Notes: generated by a model from the sequence alone, not told the origin. Positions 11,830 to 23,624 are shown, numbered from the whole stretch's first letter. The stretch: DNA of 63,984 nucleotides, filler included, from Octopus bimaculoides (GCF_001194135.2; 4 parts of 4 records of this genome joined end to end with filler, not necessarily neighbours in it); one strand, 5' to 3'. Program-made: numbers and translations.

Positions 11830-12662
11830 AAGCTGTACATCTCGCTGATCAACGAGAGAAACGTATGTTTTGTGAACAGCACGATACAGGTTATCCGCCA
11901 GCTGCCTTTGTTGGCGAAATACATGCAGTCGAGTAGTGATATTGTCATTCGTGAAATTCACGATATTATTTCTTCATCTGGAAATAAATCGGTAACCAAC
12001 TTGAGAAATATTATCGGCGGCAGGTTTAACGATGGTACTCGGAAGTACATTTATCATTTGCTGCCTGAAAATGTTCAACAAATGTTCATGTTTGAGGAGA
12101 ATACATTGCTCTGGTGCACTAGAAAACAAGGCCATTTGCCCCAAATTACACAATAATGAGTGTGATTGTGCATCGACCAACTGCTGTGGAAATTCTATGA
12201 ATACGACCGACGTTAAGTCTGATCTGACGTCGCATCCTATTAGTGGTCAGCAACAGTTTAAGAGCTTGCTCAAAAATGAGGTTTCGATTATCAGGAGGTG
12301 CAGTCTGTGTGACAGTGACATCGAGCACACTGGTATAGTGAGCCATGTCTTCCCGAACACTGCATTACCTGGTTGTTAATTTGAACAGATTCAAATATAT
12401 AGACAATCAGATGGTCAGGATTAATTCGGAGTTAATGAATTATTCTTTGAATAAGCAGAATATTTACGGCCAGAGATTCCGATTAATCGGCTCAGTGTTG
12501 CACTCGTTGGCTAGTGTGGACTCCGGTCACTACACCAGCATCGTTCGCAACCAGGACAAATGGGACATCATTGACAACGATGCCGTCGTTTCCAAGCAAT
12601 ATATAGCTTTCCCGTCTAAACTGCTTAACAACTATCTGTTGTTCTTGGAAAAATTAAATTAA
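11830..12662 (+). pseudogene. Ubiquitin-specific protease (peptidase C19/USP) catalytic domain at the 3' end of the Helitron ORF, frameshifted
   Basis: Cys box LINERNVCFVNSTIQVI (Cys codon 11866-11868), CSLC zinc-finger half, LVVNLNRFKY (LxIHLKRF-like), His box FRLIGSVLHSLASVDSGHYTSIV (His 12528-12530), KWDIIDND (12573-12581), and terminal YLLFLEK-stop. Confidence 0.8.
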
Positions 12663-13197
12663 ATTGAATTGAAATGAAATTAATTTTCATGGCCGATATA
12701 AAGCAACAAGCATTATTTAATGAATGACTTGCCTGACGGTCAGACGGGAAATGTGACAGAGGTGGTGAGATATAACTTTTTCTCTATATAAAGCGCTTTA
12801 TTTGAATATCTTAAGCGCATTTCTGAATTTATTAGGATAATATGAATCTGGTCCCGCCATTGAGATACATTATCTCAGTGGTTAATGACTGCCATTTTTT
12901 TACTTTTGGGAGGTTGTGGGTCGGACTTGCAGCTTCTAAAGCGATTTTCGTTATAATCTGGGAAAGTCATGTCACTCGACCAGATTCTTGTAACCGTTTT
13001 ATCTCTCCGTTTGATAATTAACAAATACAACAATTATTATCGATTTTATCGTACATTTTTTAATATTTTGACAGTCACACTATTTCAATTGGTCGGCGTT
13101 CGGGTGTCAGTTTATTAGAGGCTGTCGCACCATTAGGAGAAATACGATACATAAATAAAATATTACAAGCGTTTCCTTAAAAAGTACGAAACTAGAA

Positions 13198-14040
13198 TTG
13201 AAAAATGGACACGTTCAAAAGGGAAGAGAGGTGATATGCCCCCTATATGAGTTCACACAGCCACAGCAAGAGAAAGTACAAGCAGAGGAGGAAAACATTG
13301 TAGACCACACTGAAGAAATGAAAGAGAGACAGAAGTGTGAAACAGAGAAAACAAAGGCGAAGAACGAAAATGGAGCTACTAACCCTAAAAAGCGAAAGAA
13401 AAATAAGTCAAAGGAACGGTCAACAGAAAACAAAAAAGAGATAGAAAAGCCAGGAACTAATAATGTACAAGAAGAGGAGAGAACGGATAAAGATGTCAAA
13501 TACAAGGGGGTTTTGATAAAGTACGAGAAGAGCGAGCAGATGGAGAGAAAAGTCGCGAAGATGCCGGAGAAATGTGCTGAGAAATGCATTTTGATACATG
13601 AGGACGACTACTGGGAGTACATAAAAGAACTTGGTGAAAATATAACAACGAAACGAGTATGATTGGTGGAGACACCACCCCTTAGAACTGATTATTTGCA
13701 GTTGATAAGGACGGAAGTAACAGTGGTTAATGGGAGAAAAGTAACGCGATTGTTTCAACTTTTTGAGTTGCAAAACCGTTAAAATGTCTACATGATGTTG
13801 AACGTAAAAGTGAAAAACTGGATAAATGTAACCACCCGATTTCGGGGGTTGAGTGGACATTGCGCCTCATTTTTCCATTCTTGCATATTATCATTTTATT
13901 TTAATTTTTCTTCTACTATTATCATTCGCTTTTGTAATTTTTAGTTCCCCGATTTTATGTTTGTTGTGTTTTGTACCGTCTTTATGTTTTGTGATGTCTT
14001 AAAAATTCTTTGTACAGCCCTTTTTGGGTAATAAAGAAAT
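13198..14040 (+). mobile_element. Probable 5'-truncated L1/Tx1-related non-autonomous retroelement (K/E-rich ORF1 tail plus T-rich 3' UTR and AATAAA)
   Basis: Low-complexity K/E-rich frame resembling the ORF1 tails at 27.6 and 32.1 kb, followed by a pyrimidine-rich UTR ending in taataaagaaa (about 14030). No ORF2 motifs seen. Confidence 0.35.
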
Positions 14041-14651
14041 CGGTATTTCGTCTGTGTACAAATTCTAATGTCATCTTTACGCAGTGGTTCAATCTATGAA
14101 TGATAATTTTTATAAATTTACAAGTAGTCAATCAAATATAATTCAGTAATAATTTGTTTAAATCGCATAATATGTGTATCATAATGCGAATTATCTTTCC
14201 TTATAATTATTTCGGTTTCGTACTTTTACTGTTATATAGATTCGACTTCATCATAAATCCAGTTTTTTTTTATTATCACGGTAATTTGCATGCAGTGATA
14301 AATACGTTTTTTTATATACTTTGGTATGAAGAGTATTATAATGAATTTACTTATTCGAAGTTAAAGATGATATTTTGTACATTTTCAAATATTTATATTA
14401 AGAACTCGGTTTAATAATTATCGTGACATCGTAATTCACACGAGTTACTTTTCATTTTAAGATGCCACAGAATGTACAACATATAGGGATTCCAATATTT
14501 TTGAGCAACAATGCTAGTCTCAAACTGTTTAAGGTTTGTCATGACAGACTGCAACCCATTTGAGCGTGCGTATTTTTCAAATCTAGTATATATATATATG
14601 TGTGTATGTGTATGTGTGCGTGTGTGTGTGTATGTGTGTGTGTGTGTGTGT

Positions 14652-14699
<48 letters not shown>

Positions 14700-15281
14700 A
14701 ATTATTTATGACTCCTTCCATCTCATCCAAGCCAACATCCTGTTCTCAGTTCTATATCATTTTATCTCTTTTTTTTTTGCTACTTTATTCCAATTTTGCT
14801 AAATCTTATTTATATGTGTATCTAACTTTATTATTCTTATTTTTACTTTTATTACTCTTGTTTTTACTTCTATTACTTTTTGTTTTAATTTTTACTTTTT
14901 ATTTTTTACCTTTTATCTTTTCTTTGTCTCTTATACATGCTAGTTAAAAATGAACTCAATCCAATCTATTTAACATTCACTCTATGCTGAATAGTGGTAC
15001 AGTATGGGGAGATTTTTGAAATCCAACGAACCTTTATACAAATATACCTTTTCAAAGGGATGTGATAAACTTATTATAATGGGTAATACTACGTGTACTT
15101 TTTCTTTTGTGATGTAATCTTTGGACTAAATTTTTTTGGGGCTGAGGAGAGCTTTACACCATCCTTTATATCAATAATATACCTATGCTGATGTAATAAC
15201 AGATTGTTTATAAAGCTTGAAACACGTGTACCACGATATCCTTTGTGTTCTGTTTTTAATTTATGTTTGATATATATATAT

Positions 15282-15381
15282 NNNNNNNNNNNNNNNNNNN
15301 NNNNNNNNNNNNNNNNNNNNNNNNNTTAATTAATTAANNNNNNNNNNNNNNNNNNNNNNNNNNNNNNNNNNNNNNNNNNNN
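15282..15381. other. Artificial assembly linker (44N + TTAATTAATTAA + 44N)
   Basis: Exactly 100 bp with a six-frame-stop core. An identical construct occurs at 35769-35868 and 62579-62678. Confidence 0.95.
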
Positions 15382-15417
15382 ACTATATATATATATACAT
15401 ATATATATATTTATGCT

Positions 15418-15452
15418 GACAGACAGATAAGCAGACAGATAGACAGACAGAC

Positions 15453-15520
<68 letters not shown>
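15418..15520 (+). repeat. (GACA/GATA)n microsatellite; many other (TA)n, (CA)n and (TACA)n tracts occur across the window
   Basis: Directly visible tandem tetranucleotides. Confidence 0.95.
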
Positions 15521-16620
15521 TAGTCATAGCTGCGTCATTTAGAATTTCGCTACCATTGACACAGCTCGTGTCGATCCAAGTCATTTGAGCGAAGCTGAGT
15601 AAACAGCATGTGAGGAAAACTCCAGATTGCATCTAAAATACTATCACGTTCTTTCGATGTGTAGGCCTTCGTGTTGATTTATATCACCGGGAAAGCCTAT
15701 CACGTATATACACTTATGTATATACATGCCCCAACATGGCCATAGCCTTAGAGTTGAAACATATAAAAGAATAAAATAATATATATAAAATAAGAGAGAG
15801 AGAGATAACGAGAGAGGGAGAGGGTGTGAGAAACGGAAAGAGAGAGACAGATAGTTACATATGTATATACATACAGAGAGTGAGGGAAAAACACACGCTC
15901 ATATACCTATATATATATATATATNNNNNNNNNNNNNNNNNNNNNNNNNNNNNNNNNNNNNNNNNNNNNNNNNNNNNNNNNNNNNNNNNNNNNNNNNNNN
16001 NNNNNNNNNNNNNNNNNNNNNNNNNNNNNNNNNNNNNNNNNNNNNNNNNNNNNNNNNNNNNNNNNNNNNNNNNNNNNNNNNNNNNNNNNNNNNNNNNNNN
16101 NNNNNNNNNNNNNNNNNNNNNNNNNNNNNNNNNNNNNNNNNNNNNNNNNNNNNNNNNNNNNNNNNNNNNNNNNNNNNNNNNNNNNNNNNNNNNNNNNNNN
16201 NNNNNNNNNNNNNNNNNNNNNNNNNNNNNNNNNNNNNNNNNNNNNNNNNNNNNNNNNNNNNNNNNNNNNNNNNNNNNNNNNNNNNNNNNNNNNNNNNNNN
16301 NNNNNNNNNNNNNNNNNNNNNNNNNNNNNNNNNNNNNNNNNNNNNNNNNNNNNNNNNNNNNNNNNNNNNNNNNNNNNNNNNNNNNNNNNNNNNNNNNNNN
16401 NNNNNNNNNNNNNNNNNNNNNNNNNNNNNNNNNNNNNNNNNNNNNNNNNNNNNNNNNNNNNNNNNNNNNNNNNNNNNNNNNNNNNNNNNNNNNNNNNNNN
16501 NNNNNNNNNNNNNNNNNNNNNNNNNNNNNNNTGTATATATATATATATATATATATAAACACATATTTATATATAAACACACACACACGCGCACACACAC
16601 ACACATATTTTTATACATAC

Positions 16621-16776
16621 AACGGGCTTCTTTCTGTTTCCATCTACCAAATCCTCTCACAAGGCTTTGGTCGGCCCGTGGTTATGGCAGAAGACACTTG
16701 CCCAAGGTTCCACGTAATGAGACTGAACCCGGAACCATGTGGCTGGGAAGCAAGCTTCTTATCACACAGCCATACA
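16621..16776 (-). mobile_element. tRNA-derived SINE family A
   Basis: Minus strand reads ggctgtgtg.taagaagcttgcttccc..ccacatggttccgggttcagtc (A/B-box-like head)...cttgggcaagtgtcttc...gaccaaagccttgtgag.ggatttggtaga. Recurs at 22153, 39215, 53745 and 61060. Confidence 0.85.
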
Positions 16777-16780
16777 TGGT

Positions 16781-16822
<42 letters not shown>

Positions 16823-16824
16823 AC

Positions 16825-17050
16825 AGGCGACGAGCTGGAAGGATTGTTATTGTGGCGGATAAAATGCTTAGCGCCATTTTGCCTATCTTTACGCTCCGAG
16901 TTTAAATTCTACCGAGGTCGACTTTGCCTTTCAACTTTACGAAATTGATAAAATGAGTACCATTTATGCAGTGGGGTAGATGTGATCGACCAACCCCGTC
17001 CCCCAAAATTTCAAGTGTTGTTGTCTTTATGCCTGTAGTAAAAGGGATTA
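16825..17050 (+). mobile_element. tRNA-derived SINE with a Meta-domain-like core
   Basis: Head ggcgacgagctgg...gagtttaaattc followed by gaggtcgactttgcctttca...gataaaatgagtacca, resembling the MetaSINE core as I recall it. Confidence 0.6.
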
Positions 17051-18740
17051 TTATAATTTTATGTTTACAAAGTTGTATGGTAATTTTCAATTAATGACTT
17101 ACCTCAAAAAATGTTTCACTCGGTTTGCTAAGGCAGTTTAGTCACTTTTTCAGAGCTTTACATAAAGTTTGAATGGATATGTATTTTACTTTTCTGATGG
17201 GTGAACAATGTGAATATTTTGGGTGAGGTGGTTATGTCGCATGAGGTCGCTTTGAATTTTTCTCTATCTTTAAACAGGATATTCAACACCTATTAATGAA
17301 AAGGTAATGTATTAATAACTGGTGTTCACTCTTGAGCATTTAATTTGAATCGTCTTAGTAGTCTTTCCGTTGAAACTGCCTTGTTTCTGACATGCGATCC
17401 ACAACAATCACATAGATACGTTTCTAGGCAAATAATACCTTGTCGCTATATGATATATCTTTGTAAACAATTAATGTTTGCTTCTTCTAACCCCGTACAC
17501 AATCTTTCAGAAACTAGAGCAGATACGCATGCGCACACAAACACGTACACATCCACAGGTGCACATACATTCGTGCACGCACACACAAACATGTGTGTGC
17601 GCGCATGCACACAGACACACATACATATGCTGTATGTTATCTACCATTGATTACCATTATCAATTAATTTAAGTTTTAGGACCTACAAGCTGAGACTTCA
17701 ATCGACCGAGTCACTGATTTAATGGTTGAGTGGGCAATAAACTTGTATCAAGATTTGGTGCACAGTCTTGTCCTGACATGTTTTTTGTCATGTAAAAATA
17801 GAAAATTCATTTAGTTTTTCATAGAACTATCTTACATGATCCCAATAAGGAACAAATCACAAATTCAGAATCAGTCCAGAATCATTTTCAATGCATATTT
17901 ATTTATCTGGCCCTCACGTCATCTCTTTAGAATCTTCTGAGTGAGTAGTAAAATAGAATATCAAAGACCAAGGAGAAGACTCCTACATGGTCATTCTACT
18001 TGCTAAAACTAGTAGTCCAATTTTTCTCAGATTATACCGAATCCTTTTTAGAAATAGATACTGTCTACTAACAAGAAGGAACGATCTCATTGGGAACGCT
18101 CGGTAGATTTGCTTTGCCTTGCTTCTTGTGCCAGTGAAAACCAGATGCTCAGCTCATACAAGTTAATCCATAAGTAGCTTGGAACATCTCATAAGTTTCT
18201 GTGGCGTTTTTGCCCAGTTTAACACAAAAGTTTACTACATAGCTATCTTCCAGATTATCTTCACATCCCGACTGAATTCTACAAATTAATCAGCTGTGAC
18301 GAGCTGTTTTTACTAGGGTGTATTCAAAGTATTATTACAGCCGTCTCTTTCAATCTGGAATAAAAAAAAATAAAAAAGTTGGCAGCTCAGCTTATTAGAG
18401 GTATAATAATGATATGCTAAAATTAGAACAATCTGTGACGTTTATAACTGCCTCTCTTTTAAAAGTCTCAAATTTCTGGAATGCATCTCGTATTCTATTG
18501 AAGTTATGGGTAATGCGTTAATTGCCTACAGAGTGTAAGTTATATGTATTACCATTCAATAATTGTAAGAAAGATAGTAGTCTGATTTAGACGAGCGATC
18601 CCATAACTACGTAGCTAATCGTTGGATTACCATTATAGATGCTCTGGCAACCAGCAGTCTCTACTATTCACTGTTCTCCGTCGTAAGTTCCACCGCACGA
18701 AGTAACAAATTAATCAGGGTACCAATGAATGCATCATTTG

Positions 18741-18779
<39 letters not shown>

Positions 18780-18832
18780 AGGGGGGAGAATACACAAAAA
18801 AACCCCAAAAGACGAAGACAGGTGGTATTGAC

Positions 18833-19566
18833 AAATCTCTGAGCGAGGTATAAACAGTAGCCGCACGACATCGTGAAGTATATTTGCTACCTAAATGTGG
18901 CTAACCCTTTAGGGTTGATGCTACTGTAGCTTGTAGCCCCTGGAAGACATGTCCTCCAGCATTGAGAATCATTTCCCATCGCCAACCGGTGGTTGTCACA
19001 CACTGATAACGGGTCAATACCCAGAAACTCGGGTCCGTGTGTATCACGTCAGGCTGGAGATGGGAACGATGACTTCCCTTTGCAAATACTGATAGGGCAC
19101 AGATATTCTTTCAATAGTCAGCTGGAGGAGATGTCTTCCTGGGGCTTCAAGCTACAGTAGCATCAACCCTTAAGAGTTAGCCACATTTAGGTAGCAAATA
19201 TACTTCACGATGTCGTGCGGTTACTGTTTATACCTCGCTCAGAGATTTATTATTGCTTGTTTCCACTTTTTCGAGATAAGTTACTTTTCGTCACTGGAAA
19301 AAGTATATATATTTGCATTGAGAATCACTTCCCATCGCCAACCGGTGGTTGTCACACGCTGATGATAGGTCAATATCCAGAAACTTGGGTCCGTGTGTAT
19401 TGTGTCAGGCTGGAGATGGGAACGATGACTTCCCTTTGCAAATACTGATAGGGCACAGATAGTGTGTCAATAGACAGCTGGAGGAGATATCTTACTAAGG
19501 CTACAAGCTACAGTAGCATCAACCCTTAAGGGTTAGCCACATTTAGGTAGCAAATAATATGCTTCA

Positions 19567-19570
<4 letters not shown>
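18833..19570. repeat. Composite repeat: 128-bp inverted arms around a 160-bp core, followed by a second core plus right arm (356-bp period)
   Basis: Arm 18833-18960 is the near-perfect reverse complement of 19121-19248. Core 18961-19120 is repeated at 19317-19476, and the right arm is repeated at 19477-19570. Confidence 0.92.
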
Positions 19571-19612
<42 letters not shown>

Positions 19613-20855
19613 TCGTTTCAGTCATTAGACTGGGGTCATGTATGTATGTATGTATGCATAGAGAAATCCATATACATATATACTTATATACAGAGTGACT
19701 ACCTTTTTGCCTCGACTCTACGCAGAAATGCATACATATACACACTCACTGATACATGATCAATGTACACCAAATAAAAGGAAGGAAAAACTACTAATCA
19801 ATCTATTTCTTAGCAACATCTCTATGATTCTATTCAACAAATAAATATTGTTGCCAAGTATTTTACCATATAGAGCGCATAATGAGCAGTTAGACATTTG
19901 TCCTTTCTTTCTTCGATTTTTAACTTTATTTTAGCCATCACGGTCAAGGAATGCTAGAGCAATGCCTTCAAAAGTCGCATGTTCTTTGAATTTTGTGCCG
20001 TCACCCTGTATATATCCATTTTTTACTGGGTTTTTCAGTATATATTAATGGCTCAACAAATTGAAGTTTACTCTATATTTCGTAACCCTTTTGAGAGACA
20101 AATGTACAACTGACGAACCAACAACTTCCAGTATAGATACTTCCAACGAAATTTTGAAGATAAAGATACTTGAATATGACAATAGCTTCTATTCCACTTG
20201 GCTTCTTTTCTTTGTATTTTCATTCTTTTGTGTACTAGAGTTCGGAATAAGGTTATATATGACGTATTCAACGACAAATAGTCAAACATTGAAGCGTGGA
20301 GCTAAAAATGTGCATTTATAACGTTAATTATTCGTGAGGGATGTTACTTACATTATGTTTCTATGTACTTGGCTGATCAAATTGCTTTAAAAGTATTTTT
20401 GTTCAAAAAAATTAGGAAAATCACTATAAATTAGAACTTTAACCTTTCAAAACAGTTCAGTGAAGATAGTTTGAGATACCTATGAATTACATTATACTTC
20501 TATGAATACTATGGTAAAAATATTAATTAGAAGTTGAAGAACTTGAACATTTTTTCACAAATTAATTCATCTCATTCAGTGTGAAAATAATTCTTATTAC
20601 GGAATCCTACTTTATAAGAAGCTTTTCATGAACTCAAAGCTTCCGCAAGTGCGAGAGATGTGTGTAATTATTTTTCGTCTTAACTAGATTTCGTTGCCTC
20701 ATAGCTGTAATCAAGAGAAGAGTCTAAGAACAATTTTTCTTGAATGCTTTTAAATCACGCCAGACAGTCGTTGACAATAACACAACTAATAAAACTGTAC
20801 AGTTGATTGATCAGCGCTATGAAAGGTTAAAACCTAATTGATATTAAAAAATATA

Positions 20856-21009
20856 CAGGGTGGGGCAGAAATACCTCCCACATTTCAAACTTTCACCTAT
20901 GTGTTGCTAATGAACTTATGCAAGAGCCAATGATGTTTTCAATTAGCTAAATGTTTCTTTTTCCTTTTGTCAACCTTTCAAATGTGGGAGGTATTTCTGT
21001 CGCACCCTG
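20856..21009. mobile_element. Tc1/mariner-type MITE, 154 bp, TA TSD
   Basis: TIR CAGGGTGGGGCAGAAATACCTCCCACATTTCAAA versus reverse-complement CAGGGTGCGACAGAAATACCTCCCACATTTGAAA. Flanked by TA at 20854-20855 and 21010-21011. Confidence 0.9.
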
Positions 21010-21764
21010 TATATACAAAGCAGGCGCTCATGCGATACGGAAGTATTGCATTTCTGAAAATCTTGTCCTTGAATAGGATTCCTAACATAAGCTTTTTTTC
21101 CATGGGCTTTCGTGTTATAAATAGAGGTGTGTTCCGGCTGAATCATTTTCGAAAAATAGCTTTATGTATAAAAATAATAATTTTCAAACTTGCACAACAC
21201 TGTTTATATACTTCAAAACGTTTGAAGAGAAATGTGTTAAGCATTAAATACAAATGCAGAAATATTGTAGCAGGTTTGTGCTCACCATAAAAGAAGTACA
21301 CTGATGGATGGTGGTGCAGAGGAATTGAATTAAGGAAGAGGGGAACTAACTTCTGCTTTGTGCATCATCATCATCAGCAGCAGCATCAGCTTCAGTAGTG
21401 ATGGCAAACTTATCCGAAGTTGTTTGACCTTAACAACAAATAATTTCTTTGTACACCTCGGGAACTGAACCCATAATGAATTCCTCTAGTAATTTTTTGG
21501 TTACCTTCAGTTCACAATTAGGATAGTTATCAGCAAAAGTTTACAGACTTTCTTAATGCTCAGTCCTTTACCCATATTCTTTGCAGTCTCTTGGAGTGGG
21601 TAGAGCTCTTATGTCCTCTTTTAAGATACGGATTTGTACATAATTGAACAGTAGCATGGAAAGGACATTTTCTATGAGATTTTAGCAATCTAACTACATC
21701 ATCTACTATCTCTTCAAATTCTTCATTATTTTCCAGTGTTGCAATATCTTACTGAACGTGATTC

Positions 21765-21955
21765 TTTTATTCTTTTACTTGTTTCAGTCGTTTGACAGTG
21801 GCCATGCCGGAGCACCGCCTTAGAGGGTTTTAGTAAAAGAAATCGACCCCCAGGATTCATTCTTTGTAAGCCTAGTACTTATTCTATCGGACTCTTTTAC
21901 CGAAACGCTAGGTTACGTGGACATAAACACACCAGCATCGGTTGTCAAGCGATGA
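21765..21955 (-). mobile_element. SINE family B
   Basis: Minus strand gaataagtactaggcttacaaagaa...ggggtcgatttc...ggtgctcc.gcatggcc.c.gtcaaa.gactgaaacaagtaaaagaataaaagaat. Homologous copies at 35535-35700 (+) and 60830-61010 (-). Confidence 0.8.
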
Positions 21956-22152
21956 TGGTGAAACAAACACACACACACACACACANNNNNNNNNNNNNNN
22001 NNNNNNNNNNNNNNNNNNNNNNNNNNNNNNNNNNNNNNNNNNNNNNNNNNNNNNNNNNNNNNNNNNNNNNNNNNNNNNNNNNNNNNNNNNNNNNNNNNNN
22101 NNNNNNNNNNNNNNNNNNNNNNTATATATATATATATATGTATGTATACATG

Positions 22153-22312
22153 ACGGGATTCTTTCAGTTTCCGTCTACCAAATCCATTCACAAGGCTTTG
22201 GTCGGCCCGAGGCTATAGTAGAAACCACTTCCCCAAAGTGTTATGCAGTGGGACAGAACCCAAAAACATGTGGTTAGGAAGCAAGTTTCTTACCACAGCC
22301 ACGCCTGCGCCT
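22153..22312 (-). mobile_element. SINE family A copy
   Basis: Homologous to 16621-16776. Confidence 0.85.
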
Positions 22313-23139
22313 ATACAGTTTTATAACTGAGGAAAAACTTTAAAATCATGGATATATTATTGCCATATGTTTTCTTAAAAACCATTTATAGCTGAGGATT
22401 TCACTTCATTCCATGTTTCATTTAAGTTGCAATGACAAAAATTTTACTGAATCGTTATAGTCCGCATCTGGTGCGGAAATGATATACTTTGAAATTAGCC
22501 ATCACATTCCTGGTTGAAGGAAACAAGTTGTGTTTTTGAGGATATATTTTGTTTTCACATTGTCAGAAATGGCTTTTAAATGAACTAATGCTTTGTTGGA
22601 AATATCAAGCCTAGTACTGAGTCTTTCTTCAGTAGGACAAAATTGTTTGTAAACAAGTCTTGAAAAACTCTAATAAGAATCTTAGCTATGCAAGCCTTTT
22701 TATTTGAACGCTAAATTACTGGTAGGTTAAACTTAGCATAGTCCTTCGATTATTTTTGGAGTGATACACAATTAGGAGCTTTAATTATATGTCATCATCC
22801 GCATTTCCTCCTACAAGAAACGTCCGCTCATTGCTGATTTTTCTTCACTAGAAATAAAAGTCCTGATAGGTTTGCTTTTCAAGAATACTCTAATTTCACC
22901 AACATAGTACAATTGCTCCGGTATGTAGCCTCTTTCGGCAATCATCTTCTTCAGCTCTTCAGGATAATTAGCATATGGTAAATGTATGAAAATATATCTG
23001 GGCAATTAATGGAGTAACTGTTTCTGAACTTGACCTCATTTTTTTATTTATGACCACTGTATTACACACTACGCATTTGTAATTAAATCCATTTTTTCCT
23101 TCAGTTACAGCCTTAGGGTGTTGATTGTACCATTTGTCA

Positions 23140-23460
23140 GTAGTTTTGATTTTCTAATGCCGACTCATTATCCAATGTAGATATTGGCCAACTCTGTCAT
23201 GTTTTGATTTGTACTCTACAGGTGCTAAAACCTTACATCCAAAGATTAGGTTGTCCACAATTTTAATCCCATCGTTGCAGTATCTGTACTTTGGGTCTAC
23301 ACCATTTTTAATCACATTGGCTTGATAGTTCCGGATCAATAAGCTCTGTTCTTAAGCAGCCAAGATAAAGGCTTCACTCTCTACCTTTAGCCCTGAGCTC
23401 CATAGCCACTTCTGGTTTACATCAGCTTATTTGCTACGGGCCATATATTTGCCATGCATA
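23140..23460 (-). mobile_element. R4/Dong-clade non-LTR retrotransposon fragment (CCHC region)
   Basis: MHGKY..., WL.SSGLKVESEAFILAA.EQSL.IRNY, KYRYC...DNLIFGCKVLAPVEYKSKHDRVGQYLHW. Confidence 0.75.
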
Positions 23461-23624
23461 TACATACATGTATACAAATACATGTACACACACACACACA
23501 CATATAGATGTTTATACGTACACACACAAATATACATAAATACATATATACATATACACATACACACACAGACATACCCACACATAAATATATAAATGTA
23601 TACATACACATACATACACATACA

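Larger units (their letters stand above)
4990..12890 (+). mobile_element. Decayed Helitron-superfamily element (Helentron/Helitron2-like Rep-helicase) with C-terminal USP domain, interrupted by a Buster hAT insertion; ends approximate
   Basis: Collinear Rep (HUH) motifs, PIF1-type SF1B helicase motifs and USP boxes on the + strand. The reading frame is restored across the hAT insertion site. Confidence 0.88.
21400..23030 (-). mobile_element. Tigger/pogo DDE transposase relic interrupted by SINEs
   Basis: YPEELKKMIAERGYIPEQ...RTFISSEEKSA, GNA.....LLIVYHSKN, LPVI.RSNKKA, and a C-terminal DDVVRLLKSH segment. Confidence 0.7.

Noticed and set aside
14511-14947. ORFs rich in YI/CV/LL repeats (many similar ORFs across the window)
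   Set aside because: Translations of (TA)n, (TG)n and (CTT)n microsatellites, not proteins.
20110-20165. CTGACGA...GAAA spacing suggestive of a hammerhead
   Set aside because: No stem III, no NUH triplet and no stem I complement.
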